Made by a program: the position numbers and the translations under genes. The notes under the pieces were generated by a model, which saw nothing but the letters and a program-made list of their open reading frames with translations, was not told the origin of the DNA and did no database searches. A stretch of DNA of 41,397 nt from positions 1 through 41,397 of the forward strand of contig CAVYCN010000013.1 in the NCBI GenBank assembly GCA_963767005.1, read 5' to 3'. Shown in pieces: positions 1-9,279 of the stretch (position 1 is the first letter of the stretch; each line of letters opens with the position of its first letter). The stretch is from an uncultured Actinomycetes bacterium. Lineage in GTDB: Bacteria > Actinomycetota > Thermoleophilia > UBA2241.

Positions 1-33
1 CCCGAAGAGGAGAGCTTCGGGCCACCGTCTTCG

Positions 34-102
34 AAGGGGGTGGTGCGGAGGTGGGTTCCCGGGGCCGAAGCCGGGAGCCCGGCGGGGCCGCACCGCCCCC
101 TT
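34..102 (+). other. Long GC-rich stem-loop (possible terminator or structured RNA end)
   Basis: AAGGGGGTGGTGCGG (34-48) pairs with CCGCACCGCCCCCTT (88-102); inner GGGTTCCCGG (53-62) pairs with CCGGGAGCCC (71-80); both mismatches are G-U on the + strand. Confidence 0.45.
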
Positions 103-116
103 GCTGTTCTCGCCTT

Positions 117-1538
117 TCAGCCGATCAGGCCCTCGTGGACGAGGGCGCGCACGGGATCGGCATCGACCGGCGGGGCGGCGCCCGCCCGCATGAAGGGCAC
201 GACCAGCCGCACCCGTTCGTAGGCCGTGCGCGTGCCGGCGCCGAGCGCCGGCGTGCCGCGCAGGTCGATGGCCTGGGCCGAGACCATGAGCTCGACGGCG
301 ACGATGCCCTCGCCGCGGTCGACCACCTCGGTGAGCCGCCGCGCCGAGAGCGGCAGGTGGGTGGCGCGATCCTCGACGCCCTCGGCGCCGGCGGAGCTCG
401 TCACCGTGAGCGAGACGGGCTGGGCCAGCAGGCAGGCTTCGGCGGCGAGCGACTGCGCCGTGATGGCCAGGATGCTGAGGCCGAGGTCGGGGTCGCCCTC
501 GGCGAGCAGGCCGGTGGGCAACCCCGACCACGGCGTGTCGAGCAGCTTCACCGCGCGCTCCGACGCCGCGACGAGCATCGAGGCGAGGGCGATCCGTACG
601 TAATCGAGCGCGGCCGACAGGGCGACGACCTCGTAGACCGACGTAGAGAGGATCAAGCCCTCGTCGAGCGCCACCAGCGGGTTGCCCTGGGCCGCGTTCA
701 GCTCCACCTGCAGGAGCGTCTGTGCGTGCTCGAGCGCCGTCCGCGCGGCCGCCTGCACGGGTGGCATGCTGCGGTAGGTGAGCGGGTCCTGGAGGTTGCG
801 GGCCGTGCCCTCCTGCCAGAGGTAGCTGCCGTCGAGCAGCACGCGCAGGCGGGCGAGCGTGCGCGCCAGCACGGGGTCGGGCCGGGCGCGCTCGACGGCG
901 GGGTGCAGCACGCTCGGGTTGGCGGCAAAGCCTTCGAACGCCAGGGCGCCGGCCGTGTCGGCGGCGTCGACCAGACGGGCGGCGTCGGCCAGGGCGAGCG
1001 CCGCCAGACCCGTGCCGTAGGCGCCCGAGTTGATCAGCGCGAGGCCCTCGCCGGGAGCCAGGTCGACGCCGGCAAAGACGGCGTCGGCGAGGTCGGCCAT
1101 GGCGGCGAGGTCGGACGCGCCGAGCGATCCGAGCGAGCGGACGGCGGGCCGCAGGTCGTCGTTCAGGGCCTGGGCGAGGCGCTCGGCGAAGAGCGGCCGC
1201 AGGCACGTGGCGCCGCGCGCCAGTTGTCCGGCGAGCACGAGCATGGTCGCGCGGACGGCCTCGGGTGCCGCCGTCGGGCCCTGCCCGGCGCGGCTCTCGG
1301 CGACCTGGCGCCAGCCGAAGCCGCCATCGCCCGGGTCGAGGGTCGCGCGCTTCTGCACGCCGAGCCCCGTCGTCAGGCCGTAGGTGCGCACGCCGCGCTC
1401 GCGGGTGGTGTCGGCCAGGGCGCGGGCGCGCGCCATGCGATCGAGCGCCGCGGGTGCGACCACGACCGGCTCGTGCCGGCGCGCCACCGCCACGACGTCG
1501 GCGAGCGTCAGTGCCGAGCCACTCACGATGACGGCCAC
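117..1538 (-). CDS. Aromatic amino acid lyase (HAL/PAL) family protein, MIO-less variant
   Basis: YGLTTGLG inner loop, GSLGASDL, GEGLALIN, QDPLTYRS, GNPL and GVED motifs; GTG start at 1538 with GAGG upstream. Confidence 0.88.
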   Translation of the reverse strand: MAVIVSGSALTLADVVAVARRHEPVVVAPAALDRMARARALADTTRERGVRTYGLTTGLGVQKRATLDPGDGGFGWRQVAESRAGQGPTAAPEAVRATMLVLAGQLARGATCLRPLFAERLAQALNDDLRPAVRSLGSLGASDLAAMADLADAVFAGVDLAPGEGLALINSGAYGTGLAALALADAARLVDAADTAGALAFEGFAANPSVLHPAVERARPDPVLARTLARLRVLLDGSYLWQEGTARNLQDPLTYRSMPPVQAAARTALEHAQTLLQVELNAAQGNPLVALDEGLILSTSVYEVVALSAALDYVRIALASMLVAASERAVKLLDTPWSGLPTGLLAEGDPDLGLSILAITAQSLAAEACLLAQPVSLTVTSSAGAEGVEDRATHLPLSARRLTEVVDRGEGIVAVELMVSAQAIDLRGTPALGAGTRTAYERVRLVVPFMRAGAAPPVDADPVRALVHEGLIG

Positions 1539-1744
1539 GCAAGCCTCGTCTTGAGCGGGAAGACCTCGGAGGCCACGGAGAGCCCGAAGACGATCGCGAG
1601 CACGATCATCGGCACGTACGACTCGAACGGCACGTTGGTGGCGATGCCGAGCGCGCCGATCGCGACGACGACGACGAGCAGGTGGCGCCGGGCGCAGAAC
1701 CGCCCGAGGCGCCCCAGCCGGCTCACATGCTCCGCGCCTTCCAT
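1523..1744 (-). pseudogene. Short membrane ORF resembling an internally deleted MMPL transporter remnant
   Basis: N-terminus RLGRFCARRHLLVVVV resembles an MMPL start; SYVPMIVLAIVFGLSVASEVF resembles the MMPL motif PxxxFAxxFGLSMDYEVF. Confidence 0.5.
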
Positions 1745-1998
1745 CAGACGGCGGGGACCGCCTCTGCGCCGGAGGCGAGTCTGGACCTTGCCGTGTCGCG
1801 TGGTGAAGGCACGCCAATCGGTTGCCCGATCGGCGACTGCACGATGCCCGTTGGCACGCCCGCCCGGATCTCGTGCGGCGCCCGGCTCGCGTCGGCCAGC
1901 CGGGCGTCACGGCAGCGGGACGCTGCGGGTGGGCGCGGCCGCGAGGGTGTGCTATAGGTTGTGCGGTCAGGATCGGACGAGGGCACAGAGGCAGACGG

Positions 1999-2568
1999 AT
2001 GACCGCACCATCGGTACCGGCAGGCGACGGGCGCGCGGCGCTCGACGCGCGGCGGCGCGCGCTCGAGCTCGGCGCAAGCGACGCGCTCGAGCTGTCCGGC
2101 GGCGCGGTCGTCACCGCCGAGTGGGTGAGCCTGAAGTGTCGCTACGGCGGCTGCTCGGTCGGCCGCTGCCTCACCTGTCCGCCGTTCTCGCCCGAGCCCG
2201 AACGGACGCGGCGCCTGCTCGACGAGTACGACCGGGTGCTGCTGCTGCGGCTCGACGTCGCGCCGCGCGATGCCGGCGGCTGGCTCGCTCACAGCCGGCG
2301 CCTGGCCGGCATCGCGCTCGACCTCGAGCGCGAGCTGTTCCTCGCTGGGTCGTACCGGGCTCTCGCCCTGGCCGGCGGCCGGCCCTGCGACCGCGACGAG
2401 CCCTGCGGCCGGCCCGACGAGTGCGAGGTGCGCGGCCTGGTGCGGCCCGGCCCGGCCGGCTGCGGCATCGACGTGTTCGCCACGGCGGCAAGCGGCGGCT
2501 GGCGCATCGACGTGGTGCGCGGCGCGTCCGACCCGTACCACCTCTTCGCCCTGGTCCTGATCGATTGA
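1999..2568 (+). CDS. DUF2284 family Cys-rich metal-binding protein
   Basis: WVSLKCRYGGC..CLTCPP, LERELFLAG and RPGPAGCGIDVFAT motifs. Confidence 0.8.
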   Translation: MTAPSVPAGDGRAALDARRRALELGASDALELSGGAVVTAEWVSLKCRYGGCSVGRCLTCPPFSPEPERTRRLLDEYDRVLLLRLDVAPRDAGGWLAHSRRLAGIALDLERELFLAGSYRALALAGGRPCDRDEPCGRPDECEVRGLVRPGPAGCGIDVFATAASGGWRIDVVRGASDPYHLFALVLID

Positions 2569-2700
2569 CGATCCACCCTCGCCCGGCGAGGTCCACGCCA
2601 CATTCCTCGACGTTGCGGCAATAACGCAAGCACGTACGACGGACGTTTCCGCAGATCGGCCGCCCGCCCCGGCGTCGCCCGGGGACGGGGGAGGTGGCAC

Positions 2701-3258
2701 ATGAGAGCCTTGATCATCATCGACATGCTCGACGACTTCGTCGACGGCGCCCTGGCCAACCCGCGCGCCCAGGCGATCGTGCCCGCGCTGCGGCGCCTGC
2801 TCGACCACGCCCGCAGCGAGGGCTGGGTCGTGGTCTTCTCCAACGACGCCCACGAGCCGGGAGATCCCGAGCTTGCCGTGTGGGGCGAGCACGCCATGGC
2901 CGGCAGCCCCGGCGCCAGGGTGATCGGCGCGCTCGAGCCCCGTCCCGGCGAGCGCGAGCTCGTGTCGGAGAAACGCGTCTACGGCGCATTCGACGGCACC
3001 GGTCTTGACGAGCGCCTGCGCGCGCTCGGCGTCGACGAGGTGGTGCTCACCGGCCAGCACACGCACATCTGCGTGCGCCACTCCGCCTACGGCGCGCTCA
3101 TCCGCGGCTACCGCATCGCCGTGCCCCGCGACGCCGTCTGCGGCTTCGAGGGCGTCGACGAGCAGGTCGCACTCGACTACCTGCGCGACACCTACGACGC
3201 GCGCATCACGACGGTTGACGAGCTCATCGACGCCGTCCGCGAGCACCGGGCGGCCTGA
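2701..3258 (+). CDS. Isochorismatase-family cysteine hydrolase (nicotinamidase-like)
   Basis: IIDMLDDF, D-H..H metal site, K-RVYGAF and THICV (Asp-Lys-Cys triad); GGAGG RBS. Confidence 0.9.
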   Translation: MRALIIIDMLDDFVDGALANPRAQAIVPALRRLLDHARSEGWVVVFSNDAHEPGDPELAVWGEHAMAGSPGARVIGALEPRPGERELVSEKRVYGAFDGTGLDERLRALGVDEVVLTGQHTHICVRHSAYGALIRGYRIAVPRDAVCGFEGVDEQVALDYLRDTYDARITTVDELIDAVREHRAA

Positions 3259-3314
3259 GGGTCGGACGGTAGAGCGCTGCGGCGCTCGAAGTCCTGGCCT
3301 CGGGAGGGGCCTGG

Positions 3315-3323
3315 TGCTAGCAT
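3315..3323 (+). promoter_or_regulatory. Extended -10 element (TGcTAGCAT), probable leaderless promoter
   Basis: TAGCAT (3318-3323) lies 6 nt before GTG 3330; no RBS. Confidence 0.5.
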
Positions 3324-3329
3324 CGGGCC

Positions 3330-4151
3330 GTGACCAACGAAGCCCATCGCACCTCCGGACCGGCGCTCGATACGGCTGCCGGCGACGACCTCCGGCGGCT
3401 CACGCGAGCGGTCGTGCCCGACGCCGTCGTCGAGCCGTTCGGCGCGTACCTGTTCGGGTCCGACGAGCCCGGCGCCGCGATCGCGCGAGCCCTCGAGGCG
3501 CGGGTCTTTCTCGAGACCTTCGGCGACAGCAGCGAGCTGCTCAGCGCCGAGTATGACCCCTACGACGCGAGCAGCTTCTTCATCTGCGTGGTCGACCACC
3601 TGCGAGCGGTGCCGGCCGGCGCCATGCGGGTGCTGCTGCCCTCGCCCGCCGGTTTCAAGAGCCTGAACGACATCGAACCAGTCTGGGGGGTCAGCGCCGA
3701 GGAGCTCTGCGAGCGCAGTGGCCTGTCGCTCGATCCGAGGCGGGTCTGGGACGTGGCGACGCTCGCGGTGGCGCCGGAGTACCGCGGCAGCGCGGCCCAG
3801 GGCCTCGTGAGCATGGGCCTGTTCCAGACACTCGGCCTCGCCGCCCGGCGCTGCGACGTCGAGTGGTTCGTCGCCATCCTCGACATGCCCGTGTTTCGTA
3901 TCGTGCGCTGGAAGCTGCGCATGGTCTTCGTTGGCTACGAGGGAGTGGGACCGCGGGCGTACCTGGGGTCGCCGGCAAGCATCCCGACCTGGTGCAACGT
4001 GGCGAACGCCCGGCACCATCTGGCCGAGACCGATCCCGACCTCTACGACGTCCTTGTGCACGGTGTCGGTCTCGAAACGGCCTTGCGCAGGGTCGACCTC
4101 GACAGCACCGAACGTCTGGCGGCGTGGGGTCTGGCGGGCGCCGGCGCGTAG
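3330..4151 (+). CDS. GNAT-fold protein, N-acyl amino acid synthase (FeeM)/LuxI-like
   Basis: EYDPYDASS, GAMRVL, WDVATLAVAPEYRG and WFVAILD pattern typical of acyl-transferase/acyl-synthase folds. Confidence 0.6.
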   Translation: MTNEAHRTSGPALDTAAGDDLRRLTRAVVPDAVVEPFGAYLFGSDEPGAAIARALEARVFLETFGDSSELLSAEYDPYDASSFFICVVDHLRAVPAGAMRVLLPSPAGFKSLNDIEPVWGVSAEELCERSGLSLDPRRVWDVATLAVAPEYRGSAAQGLVSMGLFQTLGLAARRCDVEWFVAILDMPVFRIVRWKLRMVFVGYEGVGPRAYLGSPASIPTWCNVANARHHLAETDPDLYDVLVHGVGLETALRRVDLDSTERLAAWGLAGAGA

Positions 4152-4167
4152 GCGCGCGCGCCAGGAC

Positions 4168-6528
4168 TTAGGACGTCACGACCTGCAGCCGCTGGGCGCC
4201 GAGCGAGGCGACGACCTCGGGCAGCCGGTCGGCACCGACCGGGCGCGAGAACAGGTACCCCTGCACGACGTCGCAGCCGAGCTCGCCCAGGCGCGTGGCC
4301 TGGACCGGTGTCTCGACCCCCTCGGCGATGGTGCCGATCCCGAGCGCCTGCGCCATGGCGACGATCGTGGCGATGAGGGTGGCGTCGGCGGCGTCGGCCT
4401 TCGACAGACTGTCGATGAACGCCTTGTCGATCTTGAGGATCGTGGTAGGGAACCGCTTGAGGTAGGCGAGCGACGAGTACTCCGAGCCGAAGTCGTCGAT
4501 CGCGATGCGCACGCCGAGCTCCCGCAGGCCGGTGAGGATCGTGGCCGCGGCGGCCGGGTCTTCCATGACGACCGACTCAGTGAGCTCGAGACACAGCGAC
4601 TCGCCGTCGAGCCGGTGGATCTGCAGCACCTCGGCCACGCGCCTGACGATGTCGTCGTCGTGGAGCTGGGCGCCCGAGAGGTTGACGGACATGTAGAGGT
4701 CGGCCATCTCGGGCATGTGGCGCCGCCAGGCGGCGAACTGGCCCACGGCCTCCTCGAGCACCCAGTCGCCGATCGCGCTGATCAGGCCACCCTCCTCGGC
4801 GAGCGGGATGAACTTCGCGGGCGGGATGACGCCCTGCGTCGGGTGGGACCAGCGCACCAGCGCCTCCATGCCCACGACCCGGCCCCGAGGCAGGCGCACG
4901 ATCGGCTGGTACACGAGGTGGAGTTGCTGGAGCTGCAGGGCGAAGTGCAGGTCGCGTTCGAGCTCGACACGCTCGGCCATGCGGTCGCGCATGGACTCGT
5001 CGAAGACGGCGACCGAGTCGCGGCCCGCGTCCTTGGCCTGGTACATGGCCGTGTCGGCGTCGCGTACCAGCACCTCGGCGGTGGCCGTCGGGTCGTCGCC
5101 CGAGGCGAAGGCGAGGCCGATGCTGGCCGAGACGTAAAAGGTCTTGCCGTGCACGAGGAACGGCACGCGCAGGCAGGAGCGCAGGCGATTGGCAAGCTCG
5201 AGGGCCCGCGAGACGCTGACCACGTCGCCGAGGATGATCATGAACTCGTCGCCGCCGATGCGCGTGACGAGGTCGGTGGGACGCACGTTGGCGCGCAGCC
5301 GTTCGGCGACCTCGACGAGCAGCTCGTCGCCGTGGCTGTGGCCGAGGGTGTCGTTGATCAGCTTGAAGCGGTCGAGGTCGAGGTAGAGGACGGCCACGTG
5401 GGTGTCGTCGATCGCGGACTGGTCGAGCAGGCGCGACAGGTGCTGCTCCATCATGCGACGGTTGGGCAGGCCGGTGAGGCTGTCGTGGTTGGCCTGGAAG
5501 ACCAGCCGGGCCTCTGAGCTCTCGGCGGTGCGCAGGGCCTGCACGATGCGCAGCACCGCGGTCGCGGTCATGGCGACCATCAGGGCACAGAGCACGGCGC
5601 GGTCGCCCGCGGTGGTCGCGTGGTCGGGGATGGTCAGCAAGGCGGGGATCAGCAGAGCCACGGCGACTACGGCGATGCGCAGGCGGGACGGCGGCCGGCG
5701 CCGCTGCTCGTCGTAATCGGTGAGCTTGCGCATCGAGACGTGCAGGGCGCCGGTGCCGGCGCCCAGGTACGCGAGGGCGTAGGGCAGGTCGATGATACGC
5801 TCCGGCACGTGCAGCAGGTTCAATTCCGCGAACATGTAGACGACGTCGCCCGCGAACATGCACGACATGCCGAACAGCAGGCACCAGAAGGTCGGCGCGG
5901 CCTCGCGCGACGGGTCGAAGACGATACGCATGGTGATGACGACCATGAAGATCGATAGCGACGGATAGATGACGAGCACGGCCGTGACCGGCAGCGGCAC
6001 GCCGTGGCGCTGCAGCAGCCCCTGGATGAGGAAGACCCAACCGATGGCGGCCAGGGCGAGCGCGGCGATGAGGCCGTCGAGGACGATGCCCGATAGCAGG
6101 GAGCGGCGGTGGCCGCCCAGTGTGAAGCCGAGCAGCCCCAGACCGAAGAGCACGTAACCGGGGATCACGATGAGGTCGGGTACCAGCGAGCGCGAAGCCG
6201 TGAGGTTGCCCATGGTGTGGAGCTGGGCGCGCGCGATGCCGCCCGCAAAGAACAGCGCGAGCGCCACCGCGACCGACGCCCACGGCCAGATGCGCGAGGG
6301 CCGGTAGACGATCGTCGCGCCGACGAGGGCGACGAAGGTCACCACGCCGATCGCCAGCATCACGAGCGGCTCGTAGTCGCCGAACGCGCCGGCGGCGGCC
6401 GCGGCGGCGACGCCGCCTCCGATGATCCCGAAGAACGCGCTGAGGGGGGGCAGGCGTTTGTGGCGGGACTTGGCCGCGCCCTGCCCGCCCGCGCGACCGC
6501 CCGCCTGGTCGGCTTTGCTTATCGCCAT
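4168..6528 (-). CDS. Membrane-bound diguanylate cyclase/phosphodiesterase (GGDEF-EAL)
   Basis: Multi-TM N-terminus; HDSLTGLPNR; RPTD I-site plus GGDEF; EALVRW; DDFGSEYSS; AEGVET. Confidence 0.95.
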   Translation of the reverse strand: MAISKADQAGGRAGGQGAAKSRHKRLPPLSAFFGIIGGGVAAAAAAGAFGDYEPLVMLAIGVVTFVALVGATIVYRPSRIWPWASVAVALALFFAGGIARAQLHTMGNLTASRSLVPDLIVIPGYVLFGLGLLGFTLGGHRRSLLSGIVLDGLIAALALAAIGWVFLIQGLLQRHGVPLPVTAVLVIYPSLSIFMVVITMRIVFDPSREAAPTFWCLLFGMSCMFAGDVVYMFAELNLLHVPERIIDLPYALAYLGAGTGALHVSMRKLTDYDEQRRRPPSRLRIAVVAVALLIPALLTIPDHATTAGDRAVLCALMVAMTATAVLRIVQALRTAESSEARLVFQANHDSLTGLPNRRMMEQHLSRLLDQSAIDDTHVAVLYLDLDRFKLINDTLGHSHGDELLVEVAERLRANVRPTDLVTRIGGDEFMIILGDVVSVSRALELANRLRSCLRVPFLVHGKTFYVSASIGLAFASGDDPTATAEVLVRDADTAMYQAKDAGRDSVAVFDESMRDRMAERVELERDLHFALQLQQLHLVYQPIVRLPRGRVVGMEALVRWSHPTQGVIPPAKFIPLAEEGGLISAIGDWVLEEAVGQFAAWRRHMPEMADLYMSVNLSGAQLHDDDIVRRVAEVLQIHRLDGESLCLELTESVVMEDPAAAATILTGLRELGVRIAIDDFGSEYSSLAYLKRFPTTILKIDKAFIDSLSKADAADATLIATIVAMAQALGIGTIAEGVETPVQATRLGELGCDVVQGYLFSRPVGADRLPEVVASLGAQRLQVVTS

Positions 6529-6715
6529 AGCAGAGAAGTTGTCGGCAGCTTCAGCCTCGCCCTCAAGGGGATTTGTGCGCCGCGGGCCGCAAAGCTTCAG
6601 GCTCGTGCCGGCACACCCTGACGTCGAGCGGCCCTAGGCCCTGACGCTTGTTGGCCGGCGGGCCGCTGTGTAGCCTGAGCAAGACGAGGGGGTCGTCCGG
6701 GGGGAGCGTGGGTCG

Positions 6716-7825
6716 GTGACGGTCGCGAGTGAGGTCCGGGAGATCGCGGTGCCGCCCGAGCGGCGGGTCGGGACCGAGCGCGTCCTGCGCTACCCGGACC
6801 TGGGCGCGACCATCTTTCCCTACCGCGTGCCGGATGGCCTCGTCGACGAGCTGCCCGAGCTGTACGGCACCGTCTTTTCGAGCATGGACTGGTTCCTCGC
6901 GTCGGACCTCGTCCTGCCCACGGGGGCGTGCGTGCTCGACGGCCCGCGTCACGTCGTGCTGTTCCGGCCTTGCGATGGCGGCACGATCGAGGTACTGAAC
7001 AAGGTCTTCGCGATCGCGTCGCCCGACGCCGCGCGCCTGTGCCGCGCGCTCTTTCGCGCGTTTCCGCTGGTCGGGCGCGTCAAGGTCGAAGTGATGTTCC
7101 CGCCGCACGAGCTCGGCCTCGCGCACCGGCGCCTGCTCAAGGCCGACCACTACGTCATCGACCTGCCCCACACGGTCGCGGCCTACCATGCCTCGCTCGG
7201 GCGCAGCACGCGGCGCACGATCCGTGGCTACACCAACCACTTGCGGCGCGACTGCCCCGACGTCTCCACACAGGTCGTCGCGGTCGGCGGACGCGCGGCA
7301 GAGCTCGTCGAGCAGGTCGTCGCCTGGAAGATCGAACGCTTCAGGCGCGCCGGCCGCACGACCTACTGGGAGACCGAGCGCGGCCGCCTCGACCAGTACC
7401 GACGTCTCGCCGCGCGCTGCTGCGAGGCGCACGTCACGACGATCGCCGGCCGGCCGGCGGCGATCCACCTGGTCGCCGTCACCGGCTGGGGAGCGGTGGC
7501 CTTCGAGGGCGCCTTCGACCCCGCCTACGAGCGCCAGCGGCTCGGCTTTCTGTCCAGCTACTGGGTCGTCTGCGACATGGTCGGGCGCGGCTTGCGGCGC
7601 CTCAACGCCTTCACCGGCTCGCCACAGGTCAAGGTGCTGCTCGGCGCGCGGCCCGAGCCGGCCTGGCGACTGTCGGTGTACCGCTCGCCGCTGGTGCGCG
7701 CACTCTCCGTACGCGACGCGGTCGGGCTCGCCTGGCGGCGCCGCCGCGACCTCTACTGGCGCGCCCGCGTCAGGATCGGGCGGCTGCTGCGGCTCTCAGC
7801 TAGGATCCGGCGACGGGGGGCTTGA
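6716..7825 (+). CDS. GNAT acetyltransferase, CelD/BcsL (Acetyltransf_6) type
   Basis: IDLPHTVAAYHASLGRSTRRTIR and AFDPAYERQRLG..KVLLGA pattern. Confidence 0.75.
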   Translation: MTVASEVREIAVPPERRVGTERVLRYPDLGATIFPYRVPDGLVDELPELYGTVFSSMDWFLASDLVLPTGACVLDGPRHVVLFRPCDGGTIEVLNKVFAIASPDAARLCRALFRAFPLVGRVKVEVMFPPHELGLAHRRLLKADHYVIDLPHTVAAYHASLGRSTRRTIRGYTNHLRRDCPDVSTQVVAVGGRAAELVEQVVAWKIERFRRAGRTTYWETERGRLDQYRRLAARCCEAHVTTIAGRPAAIHLVAVTGWGAVAFEGAFDPAYERQRLGFLSSYWVVCDMVGRGLRRLNAFTGSPQVKVLLGARPEPAWRLSVYRSPLVRALSVRDAVGLAWRRRRDLYWRARVRIGRLLRLSARIRRRGA

Positions 7826-9125
7826 GCGACGTCTCGAACGCGGGTCCGGGCGAGACGTCCGGACCCGTCGTCCGGCGCAGGTCGCTGTAGCCGGGGCGCG
7901 TCGCCAGCAGCAGAAAGCACGCGGCGCCGGCGAGACTGGCGCCGCCCGTCACGAGAAAGGCCACGTGCGCGCCGAGCGCGTCGATCGCGCGGCCGCCGCA
8001 CAAGGGCCCCAGCGCGTAGCCGCCGAGGTAGACGATGGTCCAGGCCCCCATGTAGCGGCCGCGCAGCTCGACCGGCGCGAAGGTGGCCACGACGGTGGAG
8101 CAGACCGGCACGAACACGACGACGCCGAGGCTCAAGAGGAGCACGAGCAGCACGCTCTCCCAGCCCCAGGGGAGCACCGGCGCCAGCCCCAGGCCGACGC
8201 CCATCAGGGCGCTCGCCGCGGCGAGCAGCGGGAGCGGGTGCCAGGTGCGGGTGAGACGCACCACCGGAAACTGCAGCAGGCTGAGGCCGAGCGCGTAGAC
8301 GATGACCAGCCGGCCCCACTGACCGGCCGAGATGCCGTGGGCCCGCTCCATGGCGATCGGGAATATCGAGACGATCTGGCCGAAGCCGTAGAAGGGCAGC
8401 ACGGTGACCGCGCAAAAGGCCAGGAAGCGCCCGTCGCGCACGACGCGTGTCCAGCCGCCGCCGCCGGCGCCGCTGCGCGCCGCCGCCGCCGCCGGCTTCG
8501 TCTCGCCGAGCAGGGCGACGACGAGGAGGAAGCCGAGGCAGATCCCGCCGCCGATCGCGAACAACAGCCGGTAGTCGGCGTGCCGTCCCAGGAACACGAG
8601 GGCGATCAGCGGCCCCAGGGCCATCGAGGCGTTGATGGCAGTGCGGATGATGCTGAAGGCCTCGGCGCGGCGCCGCTCGCCGACGAGGTCGGCGACCATG
8701 GCGTTGCTGCCGGTCAGGAACATCGCCCAGCCGAAGCAGGCCTCGAAGACGACGACGATGACCACCTGGAGGAGGGTGTGCGAGAGGGCGAGGCCCAGGT
8801 ACAGGACGGCGCTGCCGCACACGGATATGAGGAGCACGGCGCGCCGGCCGAGGCGGTCGGCGAGCGCGCCGCCGACGATCTGTAGGGGCAGGCCGGCGAG
8901 GCCGGCGAGGCCGAGCACCACGCCGACGACCGTCATCGACAGGTGCAGCCCGTTGTTCAGGTAGAACGTCTCGAACGGGAAACACATGTCGACGCCGACG
9001 ACGTAGACGAGGATACCGCAGGTGAGCAGCCAGAACTGGGGCGGGAACGCGGCGCCGCCGCGGCCCGCGGCGGCGAGACTGCGGCCTACCACGCCAGCCT
9101 TCCGCCTGCCCTCTGCCCGACCCAT
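7800..9125 (-). CDS. MFS transporter
   Basis: About 12 TM segments, motif A GGALADRLGRR; ATG 9125 lies 6 nt after a perfect TATACT. Confidence 0.92.
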   Translation of the reverse strand: MGRAEGRRKAGVVGRSLAAAGRGGAAFPPQFWLLTCGILVYVVGVDMCFPFETFYLNNGLHLSMTVVGVVLGLAGLAGLPLQIVGGALADRLGRRAVLLISVCGSAVLYLGLALSHTLLQVVIVVVFEACFGWAMFLTGSNAMVADLVGERRRAEAFSIIRTAINASMALGPLIALVFLGRHADYRLLFAIGGGICLGFLLVVALLGETKPAAAAARSGAGGGGWTRVVRDGRFLAFCAVTVLPFYGFGQIVSIFPIAMERAHGISAGQWGRLVIVYALGLSLLQFPVVRLTRTWHPLPLLAAASALMGVGLGLAPVLPWGWESVLLVLLLSLGVVVFVPVCSTVVATFAPVELRGRYMGAWTIVYLGGYALGPLCGGRAIDALGAHVAFLVTGGASLAGAACFLLLATRPGYSDLRRTTGPDVSPGPAFETSLKPPVAGS

Positions 9126-9131
9126 CGCCTG

Positions 9132-9137
9132 AGTATA
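9132..9137 (-). promoter_or_regulatory. -10 element TATACT, leaderless promoter of the MFS gene
   Basis: TATACT-caggcg-ATG on the minus strand. Confidence 0.55.
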
Positions 9138-9279
9138 CGTCGCCGCCCCGGCTCCGAGGCCTGCCGCAGCCCCGGCGTCCGGCACGACTCGCCGCGCGCG
9201 CGCCGTGCCGGCGGCGCTCCGGCACGAGCCGAGCGGCCGCCGGTTTGCCCGGAGTGCTCCGGCACGATAGAAAGCGATC

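Noticed and set aside
117-1538. Assigning the symbol hutH
   Set aside because: MIO tripeptide and His-binding residues are absent; no other hut genes seen
51-2624. 857-aa + strand ORF and many other long Arg/Ala/Pro-rich ORFs (e.g. 3931-5517, 17243-19168, 25429-27429)
   Set aside because: Antisense or off-frame shadows of real genes, expected at very high GC; no motifs
6575-6615. GGGCCGCAAAGC next to a GGDEF-EAL gene, resembling a c-di-GMP-I riboswitch core
   Set aside because: No upstream GGCAAA/GNRA stem or tetraloop receptor is visible, and it points away from the cyclase gene
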